Source: Deinococcales bacterium (GTDB lineage: Bacteria; Deinococcota; Deinococci; Deinococcales; JAAFIG01). Taken from it: 64,000 nt of DNA. Below, in pieces: positions 48,735 to 57,671 of the stretch (within the stretch, counting starts at the first letter, position 1; each line of letters opens with the position of its first letter). The notes under the pieces are model-generated. The model did no database searches and was not told the origin of the DNA. It saw only the letters and a list, made by a program, of their open reading frames with translations. A program made the translations under genes and the position numbers. The DNA is taken from NCBI GenBank assembly GCA_031414595.1, contig JANNVX010000088.1, positions 224,001 through 288,000 of the forward strand. The letters are read 5' to 3'.

Positions 48735-51606
48735 GTTGCTTATCTTCAAACACCTCGAGTGTCCCCAAGGCATACTGCATAGCTTCTTTAGGGCTTAAAC
48801 TTTTGGCTTGGGCTTCAAAATGCTGCAACTCTTTAGCACTAAAAAATTTGGCGCTTTGGCTTTCTATGAATTGGTTGGGTTCTAATTCATCTAAATTAAA
48901 ATCCAGTCCAGGTTGGGAGCGCCACACCTTAGAAATCGCGTGGAGTCTAAGTCCTTTTGCATGACGTTGTTGTTGCTGCATAAAAGCGGCACTTAAAGAA
49001 TAGAAACAGGTGTAACAAGCCGCATCTTGAACTTGTGGACAGAGAAGCCCAATTTCTGACAGTAGCTTAGCCAGATCAAGCTGATGACCACGCCTGAACA
49101 TGACATTGCCTAGGGTCAGTAAAGTCGCACAAAGATTTGGTAGGTTTCTGACTTCACGGTAAATAATAATGGCTTGCTCGAGTAGTTTCTGGGCTTCTTC
49201 AAAGTTATTTTGGGTAATGTAGACATACGCATAATTGGCATACCCATTGGCTAAACTGCGCTTGTTGTTACTGGCAAGAGATTTACTAATCAGATTTTTA
49301 AAAGCTCGAGACGACAAATCAATATCGCCGTGCAACCAGTACACAAAAGCCAGTTGATTCAAGCAATCTGTTTCAACATTGATGTTCGGGGTAGCTTGCA
49401 GTAACTCGAGGGCTTTTTGAATACTCGAAATGGCAATTTCGTAATCGCCACTATCACCACGCACCTCGCCGATGGCATGGCGGGCTTTTGCTTCGGCGCT
49501 CAAATCACCGATTTCCAAAGCAATTTCTAATGCTAACTCTGCATCGGCTAAACGAAGCTCGGAATTGACCATCCGAAGCCCAATGACACCGCGAACATAC
49601 AATAAATTGGCTCGAGTTGAATCCCTAACTTGCAAAGCAGGTAATTCAAGCAGGCGGTTCAACCAGTACATACCCATTTGTTTCTTAGCCCCAGCAATCC
49701 AAAAGTAAATCACTGAATAGACAATCCTGGCTGCAACTTGCGGCTGATTCTGTACCGCCCATTCAAGTACCAAAGAGATGTTCTCGAATTCTTGGTCAAA
49801 ATTCCTAATTGCCTCGGCAATAGGTCTTTCGGGATCATGAATCGCCACGCTAATCGCCCAATCCTCTGAAAGTAAACTCAACTCGAGCAGCGCCGCTTCT
49901 TTTTGACTTGGCTCGAGTTGCTGTTCAGCGAACTGCCGAATCACTTCGTGAATAACAAAACGGTTGCCGTTACGAGCAATTAAAGATTTACTGACCAAAC
50001 CAAATAAGATACTGGCACTGGCTTTGGCGACTCGAGCCAAGGATTCTAAAGTAAAACCACCGCGCAACAAACTCAAGGTCGCTAAAACCATTTGCTGTTC
50101 TAAATTTAGCAATTGCCAACTGGCATTGAACACGGCTCGCATGCTGCGATGACGCAATGGCACATCGGGTTGATTGACCGACAAGAAATCCAAGCTCAAA
50201 CGAATTTCTTGCACCACCTCCTCGGGTTTTAAGATTCGCAACCAATGGCTGGCAAGTTCTATTGCAAGCGGCGACCCTTGCAACAACCCACAAATCTGAG
50301 TGATAAAAGGCTTGTCTTTTGGCTCGAGAAAAAAACGCGGATTGACCCGTTTGGCATTGCGTAAAAATAGTTGTACCGAATCAAAAATCTCGATTTGCTC
50401 CGAATCTGCTTTGGGTACATCCAAGCCAAGCACATCCACCAAATACTCAGCTTGAACATTGAGGGTTTCACGGCTGGTGGTTAAAATTCGCAGCTTTGGC
50501 GCAGCCGCTAATAACTCGAGGATGGTTGTGGTTTGCTTGAGCAGATGCTCCATGTTGTCTAGCACCAAGAGCAACTGACTTTGCGATAAATAATTTTTAA
50601 GAAAAACCAATTGCTGCTCTAAGCTCTGGGCGGGTAAATGCAAAGCTGCAATGGTTGCAGCCACAAGGTCATCCACACCAGCCAGAGGCACAAAAACCGC
50701 CCCATCGGCAAAGTTTGGAGCTTGCTCGAGCGCCACTTGAATGGCTAAACGGGTTTTGCCCATGCCGCCAGCCCCAATTAAGGTTAAAAGCCGAACTTGT
50801 GGTTGGACAAACATCGAAGCAATCTCAGATAAATCCACATCCCGACCAACAAAAGATGTGGCTTGAACGGGAAAATTTTGCAATTTTGATTTCTCAAAAG
50901 GCGCGACGACTTTGGTTTCTTTTTGACTTAATTCGGCTGCCAGTTGCAGTGTTGTCTCGAGCGGCGGTAAGCCAAGGTCTTGTTTGAGCATCGTCTTGAA
51001 CGACTCAAAAGCCCTGAGCGCCTCGAGCCGCCCACCTGTTTGAATGGCGCAACTCAGCAGCACTTGCAATACATCTTCGGCTAGTGGGTCGGAGGCTAAA
51101 ACCCGCAAGCAAACCTTTTGCGTCATCTCGAAATTGCTTTCTAGCACCAGTTGCTTGGCGGCGACCAGCGCTGCGTCACGGAAGGCGTTGTGCAGTGCTT
51201 CACGCTCCTGCTCGAGCCAATCAGATAATTCTGGGACATCTGGATGTAAACCATTCAAGAATTGCCCGTGGTACAAATCCAGCGCCTCGAGATGGCAATC
51301 AGAACTAATCAGGGTTTGAAACTGCGCCACATCCGACTGCACCAACCAGCGCACCTGTTCGCCGCTTGACTCGAGGTTGGCAAATTCCAAAGCCCGAACT
51401 CGAGACAGCAAATGGCGCAGATTTTTACGGGCTGCCACCGAATCGGAATCCTCAAAAAAAAGCAGTGCTAGTTGGTCTCGAGACACCCAATCGGACTTAA
51501 ACGCCAAGTATGCAAGTAGTAAAAAACGCTTATCTGACAAGAAAATAACCTCTTTAGTCTCGAGGTTTACCTTGGCAGTGCCTAGCAATTGAACGGTAGG
51601 AAGCAT
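48715..51606 (-). CDS. STAND regulator 2: wHTH/BTAD + NB-ARC + TPR (AfsR/SARP-like)
   Basis: LLAYLA..WVSRDQLA, DPLAE, FVGR, GAGGMGKT, LDNMEHL, GSPLAIELA, TPR tail. Confidence 0.92.
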   Translation of the reverse strand: MLPTVQLLGTAKVNLETKEVIFLSDKRFLLLAYLAFKSDWVSRDQLALLFFEDSDSVAARKNLRHLLSRVRALEFANLESSGEQVRWLVQSDVAQFQTLISSDCHLEALDLYHGQFLNGLHPDVPELSDWLEQEREALHNAFRDAALVAAKQLVLESNFEMTQKVCLRVLASDPLAEDVLQVLLSCAIQTGGRLEALRAFESFKTMLKQDLGLPPLETTLQLAAELSQKETKVVAPFEKSKLQNFPVQATSFVGRDVDLSEIASMFVQPQVRLLTLIGAGGMGKTRLAIQVALEQAPNFADGAVFVPLAGVDDLVAATIAALHLPAQSLEQQLVFLKNYLSQSQLLLVLDNMEHLLKQTTTILELLAAAPKLRILTTSRETLNVQAEYLVDVLGLDVPKADSEQIEIFDSVQLFLRNAKRVNPRFFLEPKDKPFITQICGLLQGSPLAIELASHWLRILKPEEVVQEIRLSLDFLSVNQPDVPLRHRSMRAVFNASWQLLNLEQQMVLATLSLLRGGFTLESLARVAKASASILFGLVSKSLIARNGNRFVIHEVIRQFAEQQLEPSQKEAALLELSLLSEDWAISVAIHDPERPIAEAIRNFDQEFENISLVLEWAVQNQPQVAARIVYSVIYFWIAGAKKQMGMYWLNRLLELPALQVRDSTRANLLYVRGVIGLRMVNSELRLADAELALEIALEIGDLSAEAKARHAIGEVRGDSGDYEIAISSIQKALELLQATPNINVETDCLNQLAFVYWLHGDIDLSSRAFKNLISKSLASNNKRSLANGYANYAYVYITQNNFEEAQKLLEQAIIIYREVRNLPNLCATLLTLGNVMFRRGHQLDLAKLLSEIGLLCPQVQDAACYTCFYSLSAAFMQQQQRHAKGLRLHAISKVWRSQPGLDFNLDELEPNQFIESQSAKFFSAKELQHFEAQAKSLSPKEAMQYALGTLEVFEDKQLSKLKV

Positions 51607-51660
51607 CGTCAGGGGAAAGTTTAACAGCTTTTGGTGGGCAGCATCGCACCGAATAACCCA

Positions 51661-51708
51661 TGCAACGCTGGTCATGCGACGCTCATGCGACGCACCGTTT
51701 TGCATACT
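51661..51708 (+). promoter_or_regulatory. SARP-type box promoter
   Basis: TGCAACGC 51661, TGCGACGC 51675 and 51686, 9-bp spacer, CATACT 51703. Confidence 0.75.
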
Positions 51709-51762
51709 ACCGCATCGCTCGAGGGCAAGACCAAAATAACAAGACTCGAGTTCGGAGGCTGT

Positions 51763-52206
51763 ATGAAAAAGTGGTTTTTAATCTTGGTGGCAGTATTGGG
51801 TTTCTCGAGCTTGGCTGGCGCACAAAAATTCTCGGTTGGTGGCGGGCTAACCAGCCAATTCCAAAGTGGTTTTGTGCTTGGTTTTGGCATTAACTTAGGC
51901 GTAGAGAACTTAGTAAAATTCAGCAAGGACTTTGGCTTAGATGCTCGAGTTGACCTCGAAGGTACGTTCCTACCTGGTGGCTTGTCGCTCCTTGGTAGTC
52001 TAGCGGTTTTAGGGTCTTATCAAATTGATGATCTTGATATTTACTTTGGACCTCGGTTGTCTTACGGTTCGGCTTTTGGCTTTGGTGCATTGATCGGATT
52101 GCGCTTTGATTGGACAAGCACATTTGGGACGTACATCGAAACCAGATTTCTCTTTACCCCAGCTTTTGATTACCAAGCCGCCCTCGGCGTTCGCATCCTG
52201 CTCTAA
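51763..52206 (+). CDS. small outer-membrane beta-barrel protein
   Basis: Signal peptide AGA-Q, amphipathic Gly/aromatic strands; RBS GGAGG. Confidence 0.78.
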   Translation: MKKWFLILVAVLGFSSLAGAQKFSVGGGLTSQFQSGFVLGFGINLGVENLVKFSKDFGLDARVDLEGTFLPGGLSLLGSLAVLGSYQIDDLDIYFGPRLSYGSAFGFGALIGLRFDWTSTFGTYIETRFLFTPAFDYQAALGVRILL

Positions 52207-52216
52207 GCCCTCATGA

Positions 52217-52246
52217 CAAGGCTCGAGACCCCTAACTCGAGCCTTG
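52217..52246 (+). terminator. stem-loop after the beta-barrel gene
   Basis: caaggctcgag-N8-ctcgagccttg. Confidence 0.6.
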
Positions 52247-52276
52247 AATTCAAAAGCCCAGAAAAAAAGGAGAGCC

Positions 52277-52420
52277 ATGTTAGACAACCTCAATCTTGTT
52301 TTCCCTATTTCCACAAACCGTGAAACCAGACTCGAGCCTGACATGGCTCGAGAACAGACGGTACAACCGCACCCAGCCGATAAAATCAGCCTTCAAACAG
52401 GTTATTGGCACGCGGTTTAG
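52277..52420 (+). CDS. 47-aa small ORF
   Basis: RBS AAGGAG; MLDNLNLVFPISTNRETRLEPDMAREQTVQPHPADKISLQTGYWHAV. Confidence 0.45.
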   Translation: MLDNLNLVFPISTNRETRLEPDMAREQTVQPHPADKISLQTGYWHAV

Positions 52421-52502
52421 CAAATTATTTCTTGGTGCAATTTGGCACGTTTTGAAGACCCATTGACCCTAAACCCTCTTTCGATTTTACTAGGAGAATC
52501 AT

Positions 52503-52796
52503 ATGGAATACATTACTCGCTTCAGACTCAAACCCAATAAAGCCGAAGAATTTCGCCAGTGGCTCTTAGACAACCATGACAAGCTCGTGGCTACTATGCC
52601 CGAGGGCTGAACGTATTTCACTTTACGTGGTTTTGGCGAATACCACTGCGAAAGCCGTTGGGAGCTAACAGGTTATGGCGCATTGGCTAACCCTTTCCGT
52701 GATCCAATCCATGGTGAAGTCGGTGAGTTGTTTTCTGACCAGTCCTATCCCGATGAAGTGACCCTGCTCAGAAAAGTGCATCCGAAGTCCGCATAA
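52503..52796 (+). pseudogene. small gene interrupted by an in-frame TGA
   Basis: RBS AGGAG; MEYITRFRLKP...MPEG[TGA 52608]TYFTLRGFGEY...; frame stays open to TAA 52796. Confidence 0.65.
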
Positions 52797-52817
52797 AACA
52801 GTGTAGTCAAGTGATTC

Positions 52818-52840
52818 GTAGGGTGGGGTTTTTGTCCACC
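52818..52840. repeat. degenerate GTAG-type REP
   Basis: gtagggtggggtttttgtccacc. Confidence 0.5.
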
Positions 52841-52904
52841 TTTCTCGAGACACAAAACCAAGCCCACTTTCTGATCCACTTTCTGATCCACAAGGAGAAT
52901 CATC

Positions 52905-53225
52905 ATGAATAAGTACCTAATTAAACTCAATTACACTGGCGAAGGAATCAAAGGAGTCATTGCCGAGGGCGGCTCGAGCCGCAAAGCAGTGGCTGAAGCG
53001 CTGGTGAAATCGGTTGGAGGATCGCTTGAATCAATGTATTTTGCTTTTGGCGAAACGGATGTTTATGGCATTGCCAGTCTTCCTAGTCACCATGCCGCCA
53101 TTGCCGTGTCAGGTACTTTGAACGCCACTGGACGAGTCACCTGCTCGGTTACGCCTTTAATTACGGTTGAAGAGATGGATGAAGCCGTCAAACTCAGCCC
53201 TGTTTACCGCGCACCAGGGCAGTAA
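52905..53225 (+). CDS. GYD domain protein
   Basis: YTGEGIKG..GGSSR, GGSLESMYFAFGETD, YRAPG. Confidence 0.88.
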   Translation: MNKYLIKLNYTGEGIKGVIAEGGSSRKAVAEALVKSVGGSLESMYFAFGETDVYGIASLPSHHAAIAVSGTLNATGRVTCSVTPLITVEEMDEAVKLSPVYRAPGQ

Positions 53226-53227
53226 AA

Positions 53228-53746
53228 ATGGCAAGACTTGCGTTTGCCAATATCGCTATTTTACGGCAACCCTTCGGCGACCCTCAAGTGCGCGGTTTTG
53301 AAGAGCGTATTAACAGTGTCTTCGAGGTTGCCAATGACAGTCATGGGTTTGTGCTATTACACGATAACCCTGCCGACATTCCCGATATGTTTCGCGCCCC
53401 CGAATTTGCGGGTCGGGTGGCTCAGAACCTCTCCGAGTGGCAAAATCTCGAGTCGGTGATGGCGTATGCCTATGGTGGTTTGCACGGCGAAGCCTTCGCC
53501 AAACGCAAGGAATGGTTTGAGCAAGGCTCGTTTCCCAGTTCTGTGGCGTGGTGGGTCGAAGATGACCAACCAGTCACTTGGCAAGAAGCACATCGGCGTT
53601 ACGAACTGATTTACCACCAAGGCTCGAGTCCAGAAGCATTTAATTTGAAGCAGGCATTCACACCTGATGGAAGTCCTTACGCGATTGACCGTGAGATGGT
53701 GAAAAAAATTGGGCTTGAAAATCAGTCCCGCAGCAAAAATTTGTAG
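53228..53746 (+). CDS. DUF3291 family protein
   Basis: NLSEWQNLES..AYAY.GLH..AFAKRKEWF, AWWV, GSSPEAF. Confidence 0.85.
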   Translation: MARLAFANIAILRQPFGDPQVRGFEERINSVFEVANDSHGFVLLHDNPADIPDMFRAPEFAGRVAQNLSEWQNLESVMAYAYGGLHGEAFAKRKEWFEQGSFPSSVAWWVEDDQPVTWQEAHRRYELIYHQGSSPEAFNLKQAFTPDGSPYAIDREMVKKIGLENQSRSKNL

Positions 53747-53768
53747 GGTGGGCAAAGCCCACCTTACA
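53742..53768. repeat. GTAG-type REP palindrome
   Basis: tgtagggtgggc-aaa-gcccaccttaca. Confidence 0.75.
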
Positions 53769-53786
53769 CCCTCGAGTCTCGAGAAA

Positions 53787-54383
53787 TCAGTTCAGCATTG
53801 CCACCAAAATCCCAAGAATCTCGGGCAGTTCCTCTAAATCATAAGACCGATTGTCCACGGTCAAAACGTTTTGCTCGAGATGCAAGAATTGCCAAGAATT
53901 GCCAATGGTTACAGCCCCGTAGACTCGAGTTTGTGCTTTTCCTTCGCGCTGGTTATAAATTTGGGTCGCCACCATTTCGGCGGTTGCTTGGGCAATGCCT
54001 TGTTTGAAATTCTCGTTCTTGGCTTCCACTACGACTAAAACAGGCGCTTCTAAGTAAAGTTGCTGTGTGGACTTAGAAAAAAGAAAATCGCAAATACCAA
54101 TCAAGCCTTTTTCTGCATCCACATTAAATTCCACGCCACTAAAAACCGAAACTTGGTCATGCACTAGGGCGCGAACCTCGAGTAAAATTGGGGCAATTAT
54201 AAATTCGCTTCGGGCTTTTTCGGTGTTCTGCTTGACCGCCACTGCCACACCACGCTCAAGAATGTAGGTCAGGGCAGAGGAGGGCTGGATGGGCGTAAAA
54301 GCAAGTTCTAAGGGCTGGTTATCAATCAGGTGTAAATCGAATTTTTTAATCACTGTTGGTAGATTGAAATTGCTGTATGCCAT
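53787..54383 (-). CDS. PD-(D/E)XK-like hypothetical protein, paralog of 22880-23479
   Basis: MAYSNF, TEKARSEFIIAPIL, CDFL, VEAK, AEMVATQ. Confidence 0.82.
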   Translation of the reverse strand: MAYSNFNLPTVIKKFDLHLIDNQPLELAFTPIQPSSALTYILERGVAVAVKQNTEKARSEFIIAPILLEVRALVHDQVSVFSGVEFNVDAEKGLIGICDFLFSKSTQQLYLEAPVLVVVEAKNENFKQGIAQATAEMVATQIYNQREGKAQTRVYGAVTIGNSWQFLHLEQNVLTVDNRSYDLEELPEILGILVAMLN

Positions 54384-54456
54384 GAAATTAGTCTAGTTGG
54401 TTTGATGCTAAGTTTTATAAAGATTTTGCTACAATGACACAATCAATAAGGAGTTT

Positions 54457-54846
54457 ATGAAAGCAATCCTTCAATCTTGGAAGAATGTCAAACTCGAGCA
54501 GCTATCCCCACTTATCATGCGGCGTTACATTCACGGACAGCAGGCGATGGTTGCCAGTTTTGAGCTAAAAGCAGGCGCGGTTGTGCCTTGGCACGAACAC
54601 GCCAATGAGCAAATCAGTCTTATACTCGAGGGACGAGTGCGGTTTTTGTATAAAAACGGAGACAAACAGCATTCGTTTGAAGCTGTTTCAGGCGATACTG
54701 TGGTGATTCCCGGTGGAGTTCCACATTGTGTTGAAATTATCGAAGATTCGCGGGCGTTTGATGTGTTTGCACCACCTCGAGAGGATTGGATTGCAGGTGC
54801 GGATACCTATTTGCGCGACCCAGCAAAGCATGAGGAACCTGTTTGA
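54457..54846 (+). CDS. cupin domain protein
   Basis: PWHEHANEQ, IPGGVPH, DVFAPPRED. Confidence 0.9.
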   Translation: MKAILQSWKNVKLEQLSPLIMRRYIHGQQAMVASFELKAGAVVPWHEHANEQISLILEGRVRFLYKNGDKQHSFEAVSGDTVVIPGGVPHCVEIIEDSRAFDVFAPPREDWIAGADTYLRDPAKHEEPV

Positions 54847-54856
54847 AAGGAAAACC

Positions 54857-54916
54857 ATGTTGGACTACTTTGCCGCTTCACCCAAACACCATAAAGTACC
54901 TCGAGTCTACTCATGA
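54857..54916 (+). pseudogene. 5' remnant of a paralog of the 56009 cupin-like gene
   Basis: RBS AAGG; MLDYFAASPKHHKV vs MLNHLDAVAAAPEHHKV. Confidence 0.65.
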
Positions 54917-54920
54917 ATTG

Positions 54921-55874
54921 TTAAAGGCTGGTCAACAAATGTTTTCGCAATGCAGCGATTTGTGATTTTCGGAAATCCTGAACCACTCCAAGCTGAGGGT
55001 CAAAAACATCAAAACCATGAAACGCACCTGCAACCACGACCACTTCAACTTCGATACCACAGGCTTGTAATCGCTTGGCATACACAAGGTCTTCGTCATG
55101 AAAAACATCCAATGAACCGACACCAATCCAAGCTGGTGGTAGATTTGACAGGTCTTCTCGGCGGGCTGGAACAGCATAGGCAGGTATGTCTTTTGTTCCA
55201 CACGAAACTCCCAAATAACTTTCCCAACCAAATTGATTGCTTTTTTGCGTCCAGGTCACATTGTTGCTGTCGTCAATTGCTGAGCGCAGAACAGTTTTAT
55301 CATCAAGCATTGGGTAGACAAGCAATTGAAAAGCCACTTTGTATTGCTGACGGTCATAAATAAGTTGCACCAAGGCTGCGGCAAGTCCACCGCCAGCACT
55401 CGCACCGCCAATCGCAATGCGATTTGGGTCTACACCAAGTTCTCGAGCCTGTGAAACCACCCAGGTTAAGGCAGCGTAGCAGTCGTGTAACCCAATAGGA
55501 AAAGGATACTTTGGTGCATAACGGTAATCCACTGAGACCACTGTGATTCCCAATTCTTGAACATACCAAGAACAACACCCATCATCTTGTTCTGGTTTAC
55601 CGACCACAAAACCGCCGCCGTGCATCCAAATCAGCACAGGGGAAGGTGTTGTAACAGTTTTGGATTTGTAGACACGCAAACGAATCTTTGCTGGCTCAGA
55701 TTCTGTGGGGATAAAAATATTTTTAATCAAAACATCTTGGGGAATTTTAGCTAAAGGCATCAAAGACATCAACAAACGCATCAGCCACAGGTTTTTCTTG
55801 TTGAAATCAAACATAGGACTTCGTTTTGCGATTTGTACAAGGTCTGGATGTATTTTAGAAAAATCTTTTTTCAT
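54921..55874 (-). CDS. alpha/beta hydrolase (HSL-type esterase)
   Basis: HGGGF, GASAG, AFHGF. Confidence 0.92.
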   Translation of the reverse strand: MKKDFSKIHPDLVQIAKRSPMFDFNKKNLWLMRLLMSLMPLAKIPQDVLIKNIFIPTESEPAKIRLRVYKSKTVTTPSPVLIWMHGGGFVVGKPEQDDGCCSWYVQELGITVVSVDYRYAPKYPFPIGLHDCYAALTWVVSQARELGVDPNRIAIGGASAGGGLAAALVQLIYDRQQYKVAFQLLVYPMLDDKTVLRSAIDDSNNVTWTQKSNQFGWESYLGVSCGTKDIPAYAVPARREDLSNLPPAWIGVGSLDVFHDEDLVYAKRLQACGIEVEVVVVAGAFHGFDVFDPQLGVVQDFRKSQIAALRKHLLTSL

Positions 55875-56008
55875 GCTTCAAAACACTCCAAATTAGCTCT
55901 AGATTTATATACTACCCTAGAAGGAGTTCATCAACGCCAAACTGTTGGTCAAGTAAAATCGCTCTTTCACCCTCGAGATAACTCGAGAAGCCACTGAACA
56001 GGAGAATC

Positions 56009-56338
56009 ATGCTAAATCACCTTGATGCTGTTGCCGCCGCACCCGAACATCATAAAGTCCTGCTCGAGAATGACCAAATTCGAGTTCTTGAGACGTTGCT
56101 GCGACCTGGTGAAGAAACGGCAGTTCATACCCACATTTGGTCTGGATTTTTGTACATCATTTCTTGGAGCGATTTTATTCGTTACGACGAACATCGCAAT
56201 ATCATGATGGATTCGGCACGTATGACCAACACGCCAATTCCAGGCACAGCCATTCCAGCCGCGCCAATTCCGCCACATTCATTGCGAAATGTTGGCACTG
56301 AAAATATCCATGTGATTCTGACTGAATTTAAGGCATAA
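56009..56338 (+). CDS. cupin-like protein
   Basis: HKVLLENDQIRV, HTH, HSLRNVG; RBS AGGAG. Confidence 0.85.
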   Translation: MLNHLDAVAAAPEHHKVLLENDQIRVLETLLRPGEETAVHTHIWSGFLYIISWSDFIRYDEHRNIMMDSARMTNTPIPGTAIPAAPIPPHSLRNVGTENIHVILTEFKA

Positions 56339-56359
56339 GCTCTAGCTAGGGCTGATATT

Positions 56360-56406
56360 GTGCAGGTTCCCCATGCGACGCTGGTGCGACGCTCGAAACT
56401 TATACT
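56360..56406 (+). promoter_or_regulatory. SARP-type box promoter, 47-bp direct repeat copy 1
   Basis: TGCGACGC 56374 and 56385, 8-bp spacer, TATACT 56401; 45/47 identical to 60672-60718. Confidence 0.85.
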
Positions 56407-56427
56407 GATGGGGTAAAGGAGAACACA

Positions 56428-56865
56428 ATGGCAAACGAAACAGTCAAAATCGTGGTTTCTAAGGATGGCAAGTGGCTCGAGACAGCAGAAGGTATGGCAC
56501 TGTATTACTTTGAGCCTCAGATTCAAGACCCTTTTCATGAAAAAATTCCTTGGATGGACAATATGTACCCGTTCACCGATTGGATGAAGAAATGGAATCC
56601 ATTGGTGGGTGTACCTGAATTTGAGGCGAACTATGCTTTTGATGTAGTGACACAAAAAGATTTTGGGTATGCAACTCGAGAAGGTGGTCCTGAAGACAAA
56701 GGCAAACAGATTTTATTTAGAAATTGGTATTTGTATACTTATAAGCCAGATGAAAGAGCCACCATTTACGGCGAAATTTTAGGACTGTGGAGACTTACTC
56801 CTGCTGATCTGAAAATGCTGACTGGCAAAATGTGGAACGATCAGAAAATCGGTGCAGGACCTTAA
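56428..56865 (+). CDS. COG4315-like Yx(FWY)xxD-motif protein without signal peptide
   Basis: GMALYYFE, WNPL, DFG..TREGG, KQILF..WYLYTYKPD, GLW. Confidence 0.65.
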   Translation: MANETVKIVVSKDGKWLETAEGMALYYFEPQIQDPFHEKIPWMDNMYPFTDWMKKWNPLVGVPEFEANYAFDVVTQKDFGYATREGGPEDKGKQILFRNWYLYTYKPDERATIYGEILGLWRLTPADLKMLTGKMWNDQKIGAGP

Positions 56866-56870
56866 AAATA

Positions 56871-57671
56871 ATGTATGTAACTGCCAAAAATTTCTACCCA
56901 CAGATACTACAAACCTTTGACCGTAAGTCTAATCAACTTGTTTGGACAGAAGGATTACAGTTTTATGATGGAAAGCTCTATGAAAGCTCTGGACTTGGAA
57001 CAATCGAATCTTGCTCGAGCTTGCAACAACTCGAGTTTGACGAATCAACAATGGAAGTTATTATGCGTCAGCATTTTGATTTACCAAAACCTATTTTTGC
57101 CGAAGGATTGACCAGAATTGACAAAACGCTCTTTCAATTGGTCAAGGATAACAGTAGCGTGTTGACTTATAGCCTCGAACCGTTCAAACAAACAAGTGTT
57201 CGATTGGGTGCAACCCCTGGCGTCGAACGTCGCTGGGGGTTATGTTTTGACCCAAAGAAAATGGTTTTGTACCTGAGTGATGGTACGTGTGTCTTAACAC
57301 TTTACGCTCAAAGTCAATCTGCACAAATGTCGTTTGACCAACCCATTGGGTTGCTCGAGGTGACACTCAATGGCGAACCAGTTGGTTTTCTGAATAGTTT
57401 GGAATTCGCAAACGGTTTTATTTACGCTTCTGAAACAGCAAATTGGGCGCAAAGTAATCGCATTCTAAAGATTGATCCAAATACGGGTACTGTGGTTGCT
57501 GATATTGATGCTCAGAACCTTCGCAATCAACTTCATTCAGACAAAGCTGAAGACTTAAATGGCGTTGCATACGCATATAGCCTGCTTGAGGATAACGTAG
57601 AAGTATTTTTCGTAACTGGTAAATTTTGGTCAAAAATTTTTAAGGTTATATTTGTTCCAAAAGAATCATAA
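56871..57671 (+). CDS. glutaminyl-peptide cyclotransferase family protein (type I, divergent)
   Basis: WTEGL..LYESSG, FAEGL, WGLC, SDGT, LNSLE, LNGVAY, VTGKFW. Confidence 0.85.
   Translation: MYVTAKNFYPQILQTFDRKSNQLVWTEGLQFYDGKLYESSGLGTIESCSSLQQLEFDESTMEVIMRQHFDLPKPIFAEGLTRIDKTLFQLVKDNSSVLTYSLEPFKQTSVRLGATPGVERRWGLCFDPKKMVLYLSDGTCVLTLYAQSQSAQMSFDQPIGLLEVTLNGEPVGFLNSLEFANGFIYASETANWAQSNRILKIDPNTGTVVADIDAQNLRNQLHSDKAEDLNGVAYAYSLLEDNVEVFFVTGKFWSKIFKVIFVPKES

Noticed and set aside
52277-56338. Integron cassette array
   Set aside because: No intI and no recognisable attC (RYYYAAC..GTTRRRY) sites; gene orientations are mixed
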